Source of the DNA: Octopus sinensis
Taxonomy: Eukaryota
Assembly (NCBI RefSeq): GCF_006345805.1
Contig: NC_043004.1
Coordinates: forward strand, 17,794,001-17,858,000
Reading direction: 5' to 3'
Length of the DNA stretch: 64,000 bases
Made by a program: the position numbers and the translations under genes. The notes beneath the pieces were generated by a model. That model was not told where the DNA came from. It was given only the letters and a program-made list of their open reading frames with translations, and did no database searches. Of the stretch, positions 1 to 12,897 are shown in pieces. Position 1 is the first letter of the stretch. Each line of letters opens with the position of its first letter.

Positions 1-160
1 GGGCAAATACAGACACAAAGGCACACACACACATATTTACCACAGGCTTCATTCAGTTACCGTCTACCAAATCCATCCACAAATGTCTCTTTATAAATAT
101 CCTGAAAATTTTACACACCCTTTGTTGTCTCATTTTATTTAACATAAACATACTCATACA

Positions 161-260
161 AGACCCAAATTAGACTCCTCATTCGTATCATTATCGAACC
201 GGCAGTTTCACTACGGTCCTTCCATAGTACTTACATAGCGTTACCTGCCATCTTGGGTCT
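161..260 (-). ncRNA. Degenerate hammerhead-like motif in a Penelope-like remnant
   Basis: Minus strand shows helix II ACTATGG/CCGTAGT followed by GAAA-CTGCCGGT-T, enclosed by the 8-bp inverted repeat AGACCCAA/TTGGGTCT. The CUGANGA box is corrupted (CTATGTAAGT). Confidence 0.3.
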
Positions 261-347
261 TCTGGATATCAATATCTCTCATACCTTTACATATATATAC
301 ATACATATATATATATATATACATATATATATACATGCATATATATA

Positions 348-389
<42 letters not shown>

Positions 390-417
390 TATATATAATA
401 TATATATATACATAAGA

Positions 418-590
418 GAGACAGACGTGGCTATGTAGTAAGAAGCTTGCTTCCCAACCTCATGGTTCCAGTTTCAGTCCCACTGCGTGGCACCTAGTGC
501 AAGTGTCTTCTACTATAGATTCGGGCCAACCAAAGCATTGTGAATGGATTTGTTAGACAGAAACTAGACGAAGCATTTTGTGAGTGTGTG
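418..590 (+). mobile_element. SINE family A (tRNA-derived head), 5' part
   Basis: Head gtggctatgtagtaagaagcttgcttcccaac...ttcagtcccactgcgtggcac followed by the family-A body. Other copies at about 1-85(-), 7652-7915, 9335-9705, 22965-23405(-), 24043-24372, 24400-25075 (split), 34465-34690, 37380-37930(-), 43285-43660, 51765-52165(-), 57710-57850, 59100-59380(-), 60330-60760(-). Each carries an internal (TA/TG)n tract and ends ...gactgaaacaagtaaaaga. Confidence 0.85.
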
Positions 591-1533
591 TGTATATATA
601 TATATATAAAATTTAATAAGGGTAGAAATTGATATTAATCAATTAAAACCAGTGGCCCAGCATATTAAAAAAATCAGAAGATTAAAATATTTTTACATAC
701 AAAATTTAAAGGACTGACCACTAAAAGTGGATGGTCAACATGCTAGATATAGACGTCAAATCGCTATTTTCCACGAAGAATATGTTCTCAAATAAAAACT
801 CATCACAAACCAAAGCATTAAAAATCCTTTATATATATATATTCATATAGAATATTAACGTATGTATGTGTGTTTGTTTATATCACGGCTATATGTACTT
901 ACGTATGAGTGTGTTTGCCTTTATATATGTGTGAAAAATATATTTATATATCTGTCATTCTATAATTTAATAAAGTAACGAAATAAAACTAAAAAGACAG
1001 CAATCTTTAGTTTATAAATTAAAGTTAATCAAATTAATAAAAAATTCGGAGTTATTTTATTATTGTTTTATATACGTGAAGTAGATAAGGAAAGAATTGT
1101 TTATTACGTGTCTGTCTGATATATAGATTATGTGTATTACGTCATTGAGTTGTGTTTACCTAAGAAAAAACTACTAAAAAATTTATATTTGTGTTTATTA
1201 GATAAAATATCAATTAGAAGGTTAATTGAATAGTTAGATAAATACAGTTCTAGTTATATAAGGATTTTGGTAATACTAATTTACTTCATAGTAGATTCTA
1301 TCATTCAACTATGGTAGTAGTTCAATATTATTCTTAAGGCCGCAATTTACTCATACGCAGCATCTTTCAGAGCTTGTCACTAATTCAATTCTTAACCAAA
1401 TTGGACATTTTTGAAGAGGGCTGGTCCCTAGTTACATTTTGGCATAAAAATTTGTTTTGAATTCAGATTTGTTTACGTTTGTTTATCGGCTACTTTCTCA
1501 TTCTCATTCATTTGCGACTTTACTCTTTTCCCC

Positions 1534-2990
1534 ATGAATCCTAAGAAAATTCAGGCGTCAGATTTGATATGTGCAAAGAACACAGTCATCAATAAGCAAA
1601 GAGTCAAAATCTCGAAGAAATGGAAAGTCTTCTTTCTCTTTGGATTGTTAAGTTGAATCGTCAGTGTGCTACTATTAGTCAAGAAATCATTCAAGAGAAA
1701 GCGTTGTCTTTGTTTGAGGACCCGAAGAAAAAATATCTAGATGAGAAATATGTAGAGTTCAAGGTAAGTCAAGGATGGTTCATGAGATTTAAGGAGTGAA
1801 GAGGTTATCACTCCATTAAGAAGCAAGGTGAAAGTGCATCAGCCGAGGAACAAGCAGCAGCGGAATTTCCTAATGCATAAAAGAAGATCATCGAAGAAAA
1901 TAGGTTTCTTCCCGAACAGATTTTTAACGCAGACGAAACTGGATTGTATTGGAAAAAATTGCCAGACCGTTCATTTATTTCCAAGGAGGAGAAAACTATT
2001 CCAGGCTACCAGATCTCAAAAGAACGTGTGACCATTATGTTGGGAGGTAACTGTGACCTGAAGAACATGCCCAAGGCATCTCTCCATGTTATATGGGTGG
2101 CTAATTCAAAAGTATGGGTTACTGTTGTTGTTTTTGAAGATTGATTCTTTAATCATTTTATCCCGGTAGCAGAGAAGTATGGTAAGGAGAAGGGGGTTCC
2201 TTTTAAGGTTTTACTAGTCTTAGATAATGCTCCTGGCCACCCGCAAAATATTCGCAGGTTTTGACCCCAACGTTGCCGTCGTATACCACCATCCGAACAC
2301 CACGACTCTTATGCAGCCAATATATCAGGGAATAATTGCTATCTTCAAGCGTTACTATGTGAGGCATACGCTGCGGCAAGCAATAGCTGTAACTGATCTT
2401 GATGAGTCCATCACACTTCGTGACTTTTGGAAGAGATGCGATGTCTACAAGGTTGTCAAGAACATAGCAGTGGCATGGAATTATGTATAGAATGGTGCAT
2501 GAAGAAGCTATGCCCACAGTTCATGAATGATTTTAAGGGGTGTGATAATTTTGCCATCAACAAAACGTTGGTGACTACGAGCAAAGAACTGGAAATGGAT
2601 TTGGAGGAAGAGGATTTCACAGATTTATTTGAAAAAGACAAGCCGTCTCTGACGAACGAATATTTGACAGAACTTCACGAGTATCAAAATAAAAAAGAAG
2701 TCGAACCTGAGTCACGTTACTTTACCATTGAGAAAATGCAGTAAGCATTTGCATATATTGAAAAAGGTATTTCTATGTTCGAGGATATGGATCCAAATAC
2801 TCAACGCTTTTCCAAGATTATGGGGTCTTGTCACGAAGTTTTACTCCTAATAAAGTTATAATGTAATTGTTGAAGAAAAGGAGATATTTCAACAAAGTTT
2901 CAAACGATTCTTTAAGCGCATCGAACAATAAGAACAGCCAGAGTCAGCTGTTGATGTTGACAATCCACAGCCATCTACATCCGCGATGTA
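1534..2990 (+). pseudogene. Tigger/pogo-family transposase relic (CENP-B HTH + DDE_1)
   Basis: Fragments read KVSQGWFMRFKE*, IFNADETGLYWKKLPDRSFISKEEK, KERVTIMLGGN and KVLLVLDNAPGHP. Has in-frame stops, frameshifts and an internal deletion after GNCD. Confidence 0.9.
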
Positions 2991-3957
2991 AATCATCAAA
3001 TTGTATGTACGTATTGGCAAATTTAAAATAATTTAGTTTTTTTTTTACTATTGCAAAATAATAATTACTGAATTTGTTTTTTAGACTTAAAAAAGGCTTT
3101 TATTTTACCATGTCTTATTGCAAACCGCATTCATAAATAAAGCGGCCGCAATGTACTGTAAACACCGCCAAATTGTATTCGTAAATTTAGATTACCTTTT
3201 TTTTTATTGTACTGTATTAAAAAATAAAAATGATTTGTTTGTAAGTTTAAAATAGATTTGTATTAACTAAGTATTATTGAAAATGCATTCATAAATAAAG
3301 TACAGAATTGGGAACGGTTGTTATCGGTTTAGCCTAGACTTAAGAGTGAGGTGTGCCTGTATATGGCAGACAAATTCATTATGTAAAAATTATAGGCATT
3401 GACTCAAGACAAAGAATGTGAAGATTTTACAATAAATAACTTAGGCAATAACTCAAGCAAATTTTACTGTGAATTTGTTGTTATAGGTAGATTTTACTGT
3501 AATATATTATTTGTATTATTCTATTTATTGTATTAACTAATTATGTTCTACTATTATTTGTTATAACCTATTTTCAAATTTCTGTTTATTAATTCATAAT
3601 TTAAAGAATGATTTTTTTTCAAATGCAAAAATATTTTGAGTTTTTTAAAAATTTTAATAGAAGTAAGAAATAATATCAAATAGAAGTAATAACCTATAAT
3701 AAAATTTTTAGTTTTAATAAAAGCTAATATTTTCTAAATCTAAATATTTTATTTAAAATTTTATCCCCAGCTGCAATATTTTAAGTAAAAATTTTCTTGT
3801 TATGTACTGTACCAGATGTAATAAGTTGTCCTGTACTTTTCCTAATGTAATATCTTGCCCTGTAATTTTCCAGGTTTATAATCACATGAATATTCTTTGC
3901 TCGCATTTTTCTATGTAATCTATGTTACACATCGTATTTTAATTAGCTATTATTATA

Positions 3958-4150
3958 GGCAACGAGCTGGCAGAAACACTAGCACGTCTATCTTTAACGA
4001 TCTAAGTTCAAATTCCGCCGAGGTCGACTTTATCTTTCATTCTTTCGGGGTCGATAAATTAAGTACTAGTTGCGTACTGGGGTCGATCGAATCGACTGGT
4101 CCCCTCCCACTAAATTTCGGGCCTTGTGCCTAGAGTAGAAATGAATTAAC
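3958..4150 (+). mobile_element. SINE family B (representative copy)
   Basis: ggcaacgagctggcagaa...gttcaaattccgccgaggtcgactttatctttcattctttcggggtcgataaattaagtac...tgtgcctagagtagaaa. More than 20 copies in the window, e.g. 7440-7652(-), 9148-9310, 9715-10085, 19092-19300(-), 20960-21180, 26245-26460(-), 33045-33380(-), 33830-34195, 34265-34445(-), 44705-44895, 45930-46095, 48538-50800 cluster, 54830-55030, 58030-58380. The central box resembles the Nin/Deu SINE domain (recalled, unverified). Confidence 0.85.
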
Positions 4151-4325
4151 TATCATTAAACTATATTTGGACATATATTACTGTAAGCCAACATTATATT
4201 CAAGTATCTACTCGATAAATTTTATTAGAATTCGGATAATATATACTTAGGGTTTTATTAAACAAGTTAATAAATGTTTAGTTATTTATATATTTATGAA
4301 TATATGTAGAGGAACAAACTGTTAG

Positions 4326-4359
<34 letters not shown>

Positions 4360-4492
4360 ATATATGTATGTATATATATATATATATTCACACACACACA
4401 CACTCACACATATATATATATATATACATATATGTGTATATATATATATATATGTATATATAGATATATATCTATGTAAGTATATATATATA

Positions 4493-4531
<39 letters not shown>

Positions 4532-4683
4532 TCAATTGTGGAGCACAAGTATCATTATATAACCTGATGATTGTGTAACGTATGAAAGAAATAGTTTATT
4601 TCAATATTGTAAAATTGCAAATAATAAAAAGTGACCAGCTGACTATTATTCAATGAAATTCCAACTTAGCCAGCTTTATATAT

Positions 4684-4746
<63 letters not shown>

Positions 4747-4797
4747 TATATATATATAAAGAGAGAGAGAGAGAGGCACACACACATACACACACAA

Positions 4798-4830
<33 letters not shown>

Positions 4831-4847
4831 CATACATATACATATAC

Positions 4848-4887
<40 letters not shown>

Positions 4888-4917
4888 ATGTGTGTGTGCC
4901 TCTCTCTCTCTCTCTCA

Positions 4918-4948
<31 letters not shown>

Positions 4949-5336
4949 CACACGCAGATATATTTGCGTGCGTGAATTTAAGAAAAAAAATATTTGACTT
5001 ACAGAATATAATCACAGGAAATTGTCAATAATTTATTGCTTCAACATTTCCATTTGTTCTATTGTTTCATTTGTTTCGTAAAAAGTAGTGAATAAATGGT
5101 TAAATTTCTTTCACACACGAGTAATGCTCTCCTATAAATTATGTTGTTATTTTACAGAAGTAATATATTGTCAAGTTAAAAAGCACAAAGGTCTCCACAT
5201 AATGTTCATTTAAATGTTTTAACTGCTATCTATGTATTGTAATGAAATATGACTTTTTCTGTGACCTCATTTCCCTGCGCGCCGCGTGCATGTGCTATGT
5301 TATTGCATATATTCACATATATACACGATAAACGCT

Positions 5337-5416
<80 letters not shown>

Positions 5417-5461
5417 CATATACATACACACACACACATACACACACATATATTTATATAC

Positions 5462-5494
<33 letters not shown>

Positions 5495-5835
5495 GCAATA
5501 TTATTTTTTAATTTAGTTTTAATAATAAAAAAATAATAAATAGCCTATTGTGTAACCGAGGTTATAGTATTCATGCATTCCCAACATGCAACCAATTCGC
5601 GCAGCCGTTTTTGCGTGAAAAACGAATACACCCACGGAGGTCTATTTTAGTCTATTCTATATGATATATATATATATGTGTGTGTGTGAGGCTGATAGAT
5701 AGATAGATAGATAGATAAATTGATAAATACATAGATAGATAGATAAATTGATAAATACATAGATAGATAGTCGGACAGATAGATTGATAGGTAGAGTTTG
5801 GGAGAGAGAGAAGAGGGATTCCTCTTCTCTCTATC

Positions 5836-5871
<36 letters not shown>

Positions 5872-5919
5872 CATGTTGATTCTCTCCTTCTTTCTGTGTT
5901 TTTTTTTTCTCTCTGTGTA

Positions 5920-5957
5920 TCTTTCTGTTGAAGAGCGTAGGCTCGAAACGTTAAAGA
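5920..5957 (+). ncRNA. Minimal type-I hammerhead motif (core variant CUGUUGA)
   Basis: TCTTT-CTGTTGA-A-GAGC(GTAG)GCTC-GAAA-CGT-T|AAAGA: helix I 5 bp, helix II 4 bp, palindromic helix III ACGT, GUU site. Confidence 0.6.
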
Positions 5958-6230
5958 CTTGTTTTATTTATATTTCCTGAGCGCCATACTAATACAATTG
6001 TTTGTTTGTTTCCCACCTGCCTTCGTCTTTTGTCTATTTTCATAAAGCTTCCCGTTATATATATACATATATATGATTTGTAAGCTTAAAGATTATAGCG
6101 ATCACCGCGCAATGACAAGAGAAAATAGTCTAATAATGGGGCATGCAAGTCCTTCACAGAAAAGTATGTGTGTGTGTGCTTGTATTTGTGTGTATATGTA
6201 TACATATATTGATCTATTGATCAATTGATC

Positions 6231-6267
<37 letters not shown>

Positions 6268-6633
6268 CAATTGAGGCAAATTGAATGACCATTGTTTTTA
6301 ACTTGTTTCTTATATATCAATATCTGTAAGACGCAGTTTGTCTGGAGTCCTACAGATTTACACTATAGAATTGTGATGAATCATAAACTTGAACACTACC
6401 AAAAGATTACTAGGAGTTCTTTACTAATGAAATATTTTGTCCAGATTGATATCCTTCAATATTTGTTCTCTCGCTTTCGTTCTCTCTCTCGCTCTCGTTC
6501 TCTCTCTCTCCCTCTCACTCACTCTCTTTGTATATGTATATAAACACGCTGTTGCTGTGTGCGCCATTGCTTGTGTAACAGGTATGTAAATTTCGTATAA
6601 ACATATCTTATATTTGTTTTCCCTTTCTTTCAG

Positions 6634-6730
6634 ACTGCCACTTGAAACACTTTCACTATCACTTAATTGCTGCCTGTGTATGGATCAGTGCTGCCGTATG
6701 GGCATTCTTTCCACTGTCTGGATGGGGCAG
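6634..6730 (+). CDS. RRH: Peropsin-like opsin, internal coding exon (end of ICL2 + TM4)
   Basis: Polypyrimidine/cag acceptor at 6631-6633 and GT donor at 6731. The 97 nt read (x)ac-CHLKHFHYHLIAACVWISAAVWAFFPLSGWG-ag, matching the opsin TM4 W..P..GW signature. The terminal AG joins the A at 32081 to give Arg in frame. Not in the ORF track. Confidence 0.85.
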
Positions 6731-7242
6731 GTATAAACTATATCTTATTTTTGCCTATTTAGGTCAGGAATTGAATTGCACATTGTAACAGTTTTTACAT
6801 ACAAAAATACATCTGTAGGTGTATACGTGTGGGAGTGTCTACGCGCATGCGTTTGCACACGCGCATGTATCTGGACACGCGCATGTATGTATGCGCGCAA
6901 GTGTGTGTGTGTGTGTGATCACGCATGTGTATGTGTGTGCATGTATGACTTTTCTATTTTTAAATATTTGATGTCTTTTCATAAGGAAGGAGCTGATTTT
7001 TAACGAAGACATAACACTCCATCGTTGTAATGCAAACAACTAAAAGAATAGTAAATTTAGAACTTGAAAAAGTCTCGCATACTTTTACTGTTCTACTTAC
7101 AGATTAATGTACTTTTTAAATAGTTGATTTCATTTTCTGAAAATCGCAGCTTGTCCATGTCACTTACGTATTTATCCATAAAATAAGTTATTGGTATAAA
7201 GGTGAATTTATAAGCTCTGTGTAAAAGTGTGGGGTTTTCGAA

Positions 7243-7311
<69 letters not shown>

Positions 7312-10300
7312 CAACTGAATTCCAATAATTTAAACAATGGACGCTTTAGCGTAAAACTATCGTAGAAAATTAAAAGTATTTATCTTGTATATTGTAACAA
7401 ATTTGCTGTTTACTCTACGAACCGTATTAATTATATTGCTGTCAAATTTTGGCAGATGGCCAGCAATTTGAGGAGCAGTTTAAGTCGATTATATCGACTC
7501 CTGTACTCAGCCGGTACTCATGTTATCGACCCTAAAAGAATGAAAAGCAAAATCGACCTCGGCGGAATTTGAACTTAGAACTAAAAGACGGACGAAATGA
7601 CGCTCATCAGCATTTTGCCCGGCATACTAACTATTCTGCCAGCTCGATGCCTTGGTAGACGGAAACTGAAAGAAGCCCATCATATATATATTTATACAGA
7701 TGTGTTTATGTGAATGTCTGTGTTTGTTCCCTACCAGTGATTGACAACCGGTGATGATATGTTTACGTCCCTGTAACTTAGCGGTTCGGCAAAAGTGACC
7801 GATAGAATAAGTACCAGGCTTCAAAATATGTAGTGCGGTCGATTCGTTCGACTAAAATTCATCAAGGCGGTGCTCCAGCGTTGCCGCAGTCTAGTGACTG
7901 AAACAAGTAAAGGACTACATACATAAGGCGATTCAGAAAATCCAGGAGAATGCCTCAATCAACACTCCATGCAAACTCCAAACTAAACAGAAAGTAGAGT
8001 AGAAACAAAACAATCCAGTAAATACAAAATACTGCGCAAAAATTGAAAACCTAGTGTATAAAATAAAGGAATAGAATTGTCTGTGGCGCACTTATTAATT
8101 AGATACGATCGTTTCAATACCCATCTTTTATATATATATATATATGCTGTATCATATAGACAAAGGTTATATTAAGCCAGTGTAGGTTTAAAAGAAAGTT
8201 CCAACCACTCACCTCATCAGGATTTTTAAGCATGTATTACTTAATACATTCAGCTGTTACATTTGCGAAGCACAAGTATGGGGTAAGGTTTTGACCTTTC
8301 ATTATAGAAACGACTATTAAACCAGAGAAAATCCTGAACTAAAAAGAGGACATAAACGCTTTAGGCTGTTCTTAAATGGTTGAAATATGTTGTTGAGCTC
8401 TGTGTCTGCGTGTCTGTCTGTCTATCTGCCTGTCTATCGGTATGTATGTCTGTGTATGTGTATATGTATAAATGTATATATGAATGTATGTATATTTGTG
8501 TGTATGTACGTGTATGTATGCATGTATATATGTATGTATGAATGTATGTATGCATGTTTATTTGTATGTAAATATGGATGTATGTATGTTTGTGTGTGTG
8601 TTTGCGTTTGTTTGTATGCTTGTATGTATGCATATATGTATGCGTGTATGTATGTATGTAGATACGTATGTATGTGTATTTATGCATGTATCTATGTATG
8701 TACGTATGTATGTGTATGTATGTATGTAGTTATGCATGTATGTATGTATGTATGTATGTAGTTATGCATATGAGTGTGTATGTATTTATGTTTGTATGTT
8801 TATTCCTTTTGGTTCAAACATAAGATTTTAAAAGTATTTTATTCACCGTTTCTTTTCTATGGTTTAGCTGGATACATAAAAGTGTAGCCGTTTTGATTTT
8901 TTTCCTGTGGAGAACCCAACATGTTTATATGACTCTTTGAATTTTCCATTATTTATCATAATGCGCAGGCTTGCTACTGACCACTTGAAGATAATAGAAG
9001 TGGCACTTCATAACATACAACATTTTATGCATTAGTATTTGCTGTGTAGATAAACCATTCGTATTTCGATAGAAAATGAATTCGACAGCATTGCAAAGCA
9101 TTCGTTTGGCTGTTCTAGGGAAATATATAACACCTTTCGTCATTGGAGGCGGCGAAGTGGCAAAGAATATGCTAAACGTCTTCCGGCCCTTTAAGTTTTG
9201 AGCTCAATCCCTGCCAATGGCAACTTTGCATTTCATCCCTTCGGATGTCAATGTAGTTGACAAACCATCTCCCCTGAAATTTCAGATCATGTGCTTTTAG
9301 TTGAAAGAAGAAAAAAAAATGTCAGCGTATATCACATGGTTCCGGGTTCAGTCCCACTGCGTGGCACCTTGGGCAAGTGTCTTCTGCTATAGCCTCGGGC
9401 CGACTAAAGCCTTGTGAGTGGATTTGGTAGACATAAACTGAAAGAAGCCCGTCGTATATATGCATATATGTATGCGTGTGTATATGTTTGTGTATCTGTG
9501 TTTGTCCCCCCAACATCGCTTGACAACGGATGCTGGTGTGTTTACGTCACCGTAACTTAGCGGTTCGGCAAAAGGGATCGATAGAATAAATACTAGGCTT
9601 ACAAAGAATAAGTCCTGGGGTCGAGTTGCTCGACTTAAAGCGGTGCTCCAGCATGGCCGCAGTCAAATGACTGAAACAAGTAAAAGAGAAAAAGAGAAAA
9701 GAGAGAGTAAGCGATGACCTGGCAGAATCGTTAGCTCGTCTGACGGCATGTCTTCCGGATCTTTAAGTTCTGAGCTCAAATCCCATCGATGGCAATTTTG
9801 CATTTCATCATTTCAGAATCGATGAAATAAAGTACCAGGCAAGTACAAGGGTCAGTGTAGTTGACGAGCCATTTCACCTAAAATTTCAGGTCTTGTGCCT
9901 ATAGTTGAAAGGAAAAAAAATATCATTGGATACGATGTCCTGACAGAATCATTAGAATGTTGGACAAAATACTTCGCAGTATCTCTTCAGCTACTACGTT
10001 CCGAGTTCCGCCGAGATTACCTTTGCCTTTCATCCTTTCCGGGTCGATAAAATGAAGTACCAGTCAAGTGTCTCCTCAAAATTACTGGCGATGAACCCTG
10101 CAACGGACCGGCGTCCTGCTTAGTTTATATGTAATAAATTGTTTATATTTCTACAACGCACAAGATATATTATTTTTTGTATAATTCCTGATAATAATTA
10201 ATAGTAAAAATACAGTAGTATTTTTTTTATATACATCGAATAGCTATGAGGGAGCAGTAGAATGATATCGGAATCCAGGGGTCAATAGGAAAAATTCGTT

Positions 10301-10344
10301 GAGAACCACTGGACGAAACTGACTGAAAGTTCAATTTTATTTCT

Positions 10345-10737
10345 ACTAACAGCATCGCCCGGCGTTGCTCGGGTTTGTTTCGACCCTTTAGAATTGGAAT
10401 TTTTGAAAAGTAAAAGTTTTGCATTATGTAGCTTGTTATTCTCTTTAAGTGAACATTTTTCTGGTTGAAATACACCGAAAAATGGCGACACAGCAGTCAA
10501 ACAATCGTAAAAAATAGTGATTTTCATAGAAAAAAAGCACCTTTTTGATGTAAATAATTTTTGGTCTTAACATGGTCCGATTTGATTTTCTTCTTCTGCG
10601 GAAGGTAGAGCAAGCCTTCTTCAATCATACTTTCAATTTTGGTCAACTTGCGCCGCAGGGTCTCGGAGGAGATAGTGTTAGTTGAAGGCTACCAAACCCG
10701 CCATACACAGACAACTTCAGCTTTATATATAGAGAGA
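10345..10737 (-). mobile_element. Non-autonomous Helitron-like element
   Basis: The minus strand starts TC(TC)TATATATAAAG and ends with the hairpin CCCGAGCAACGCCGGG followed by ...TTAGT (CTAG-like), the usual Helitron 5'-TC / 3'-hairpin-CTRR layout. No ORF. Confidence 0.5.
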
Positions 10738-11591
10738 TTATAGCTGGAACATTTGAAATTTTCTAGGTTTTACTTAAAGTTTGGGTTGCTTAATATCTCT
10801 TCACATTTTGCTTGTTTCAGTCATTGGAACGCGACCATGCTGATGCACAGCCTTGAGGGATTTAGCCGAACAAATTAGCTTCCGTTTTTATCTATTTTTT
10901 TTAAAAGTCTGGTACTTATTCTGTTAGCTACTTTTGCTGAACTACACGGCTCTGCCTGCGTTCGTTTTAATCTGCATTTAATTTACCTGTTTCAAACTTT
11001 TAGAATTATCAAATTTCCTTAGATGGACATCTCCTAAAATTCTACTGAATATCGACCCTAAAACCACATGCCGAATGTTTACTCATGAACAACGAAAATA
11101 AACGTTTTATAGACACATCAGAAACATCATATTTACTTATTTGAAGAGATGTAGCTACTGTTATTAAAGGAAATATTTCCAACTGGCTGCCTTAAAGACC
11201 ATACTTGCAGCGACAATATCACATGGGAAGGTAATAATTTGTAAGCATTTTGCTGCAGTAAAGGATATGTTATACAGTTACATTCACAAACTTTTATTTT
11301 ATATCGCAATCACTGGCTTTGATACATACTCGTCAGTTTTATGTGTACATATATATACACATTTTCCAAGGAAATAGTTGCCATGAGTACGGTGTACGTA
11401 TGCTATTTCTGTTTTTAAAGCTGTGTGCTGCAAGTAAATTTATAACTTGTACAAAGCACACTTTCTTTTCGGAAAAGGTAATTATATTTATAATATTTGA
11501 ATAACCATATTTACTTTTTACTAAAATGGAGACAAACTTTTTCTGCATAGCAGCATTGGTTTTTTTATAACTACATTATTTTTATTAGAGT

Positions 11592-11629
11592 TAATAATAA
11601 TGATGATAATAATAATAATAATAATAATG

Positions 11630-11684
<55 letters not shown>

Positions 11685-11716
11685 TAATAATAATAATAAT
11701 GATAATGATGATGATG

Positions 11717-11778
<62 letters not shown>

Positions 11779-11791
11779 AATAATAATAATG

Positions 11792-11831
<40 letters not shown>

Positions 11832-11856
11832 TAATAATAATAATAATAATAATAAT
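11592..11856 (+). repeat. (TAA)n microsatellite (largest of many)
   Basis: About 260 nt of TAA/TGA triplets. Other TAA tracts at 12811-12896, 14316-14575, 27890-28060, 28310-28498, 41320-41373, 41940-41977, 49860-50030. (TA)n, (TG)n, (GATA)n and (TATG)n tracts occur throughout and generate most ORFs in the track. Confidence 0.97.
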
Positions 11857-12401
11857 TCCCGGCATCGAAACCAATACCCTGATGTAGTACAAGACTGCAT
11901 GGCTCTCATGGCTTCTGATCTTAACTGATTGGAAGTGTTATCGTGTATATTGTTTTGCCTTGGTATAAAAGATGAGCTATTGCAACTATTCTGCTCAATA
12001 CCACAGATTTGCTTGTCAGTTGTTTGACCATAACCAGTTGACAATGTCCCTTAGTGGCTGACGATATGTGCATCTCTGATCACGAGCAGAAGTAGTGGGG
12101 GAGCATCATAGCCATGTGTTGAGAGGGATTCTTTGGGGTTTAAATATTTCACCTCTGAAAACATGGGTGTTTCGTTCAACATCCTTAAACAAGCCTTATT
12201 CAGGGACCTTTTGAGCAGGATGGCCCCCACCTTCAAGGTCATACGCTGTTTATCCTGATATGAGATCACCATTTCGCGCACATATGTTTGTGATGCATGT
12301 GCCTAGTGTACCCTTATCAGACGGGTAGTCATGATGGGTATACTGGGCTTCGTATATTTTACCCCAGTGTCACTTTGATGGCATGCACTGCTCTCTTGCT
12401 C
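11856..12401 (+). mobile_element. 5'-truncated, (TAA)-tailed non-coding retroelement end, copy 1
   Basis: Same sequence as 12419-12810 and 41374-41939. All end ...ctgctctct(cac/tg)ctc-aataataat and have different 5' ends. This copy has a deletion of about 30 nt relative to copy 2. Confidence 0.8.
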
Positions 12402-12418
12402 AATAATAATGATAATAA

Positions 12419-12810
12419 GAGCATGTCCCTTAGTGGCTGACGATATGTGCATCTCTGATCACGAGCCGAAGTAGTGGGGCAGCATCATAGCCATGTGTTG
12501 AGAGGGATTCTTTGGGGTTTGAATAATTCACCTCTGGAAACATGGGTGGTTCTTTCAACATACTTAAACAACCCTTATTCAAGGACCTTTTGAGCGGGAT
12601 GGGCTACTCAACCTGAAGAAAATTCTAACTGGGCCCCACCTGCAAGGTCATGTGTTGTTTATCTTGATATGAGATCACCATGTCGCGCACATATGGTTGT
12701 GATGCATGTGCCTGGTGTACCCTTATCAGACGGGTAGTCATGATGGGTATATTGGGCTTCGTATATTTTACCCCAGTGTCACTTTGATGGCATGAACTGC
12801 TCTCTCACTC
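12419..12810 (+). mobile_element. 5'-truncated, (TAA)-tailed non-coding retroelement end, copy 2
   Basis: Tandem with copy 1, separated by a short TAA tract; same 3' end. Confidence 0.8.
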
Positions 12811-12833
12811 AATAATAATAATAATTATAATAA

Positions 12834-12896
<63 letters not shown>

Positions 12897-12897
<1 letters not shown>

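Noticed and set aside
700-760. Hairpin TGACCA...TGGTCA followed by AACATG, resembling a hammerhead remnant
   Set aside because: No GAAA box, an incomplete core and no helix I pairing.
4560-4600. CTGATGA...GAAA spacing
   Set aside because: No convincing helix II, helix III or helix I can be drawn.
1-6633. Upstream opsin exons (TM1-TM3, DRY)
   Set aside because: No candidate with splice sites and opsin-like sequence was found by eye; they are presumed to lie before the window.
12050-12100. CTGACGA in the TAA-tailed element as a hammerhead
   Set aside because: It is followed by GAAG rather than GAAA, there is no palindromic helix III, and copy 3 lacks the motif.
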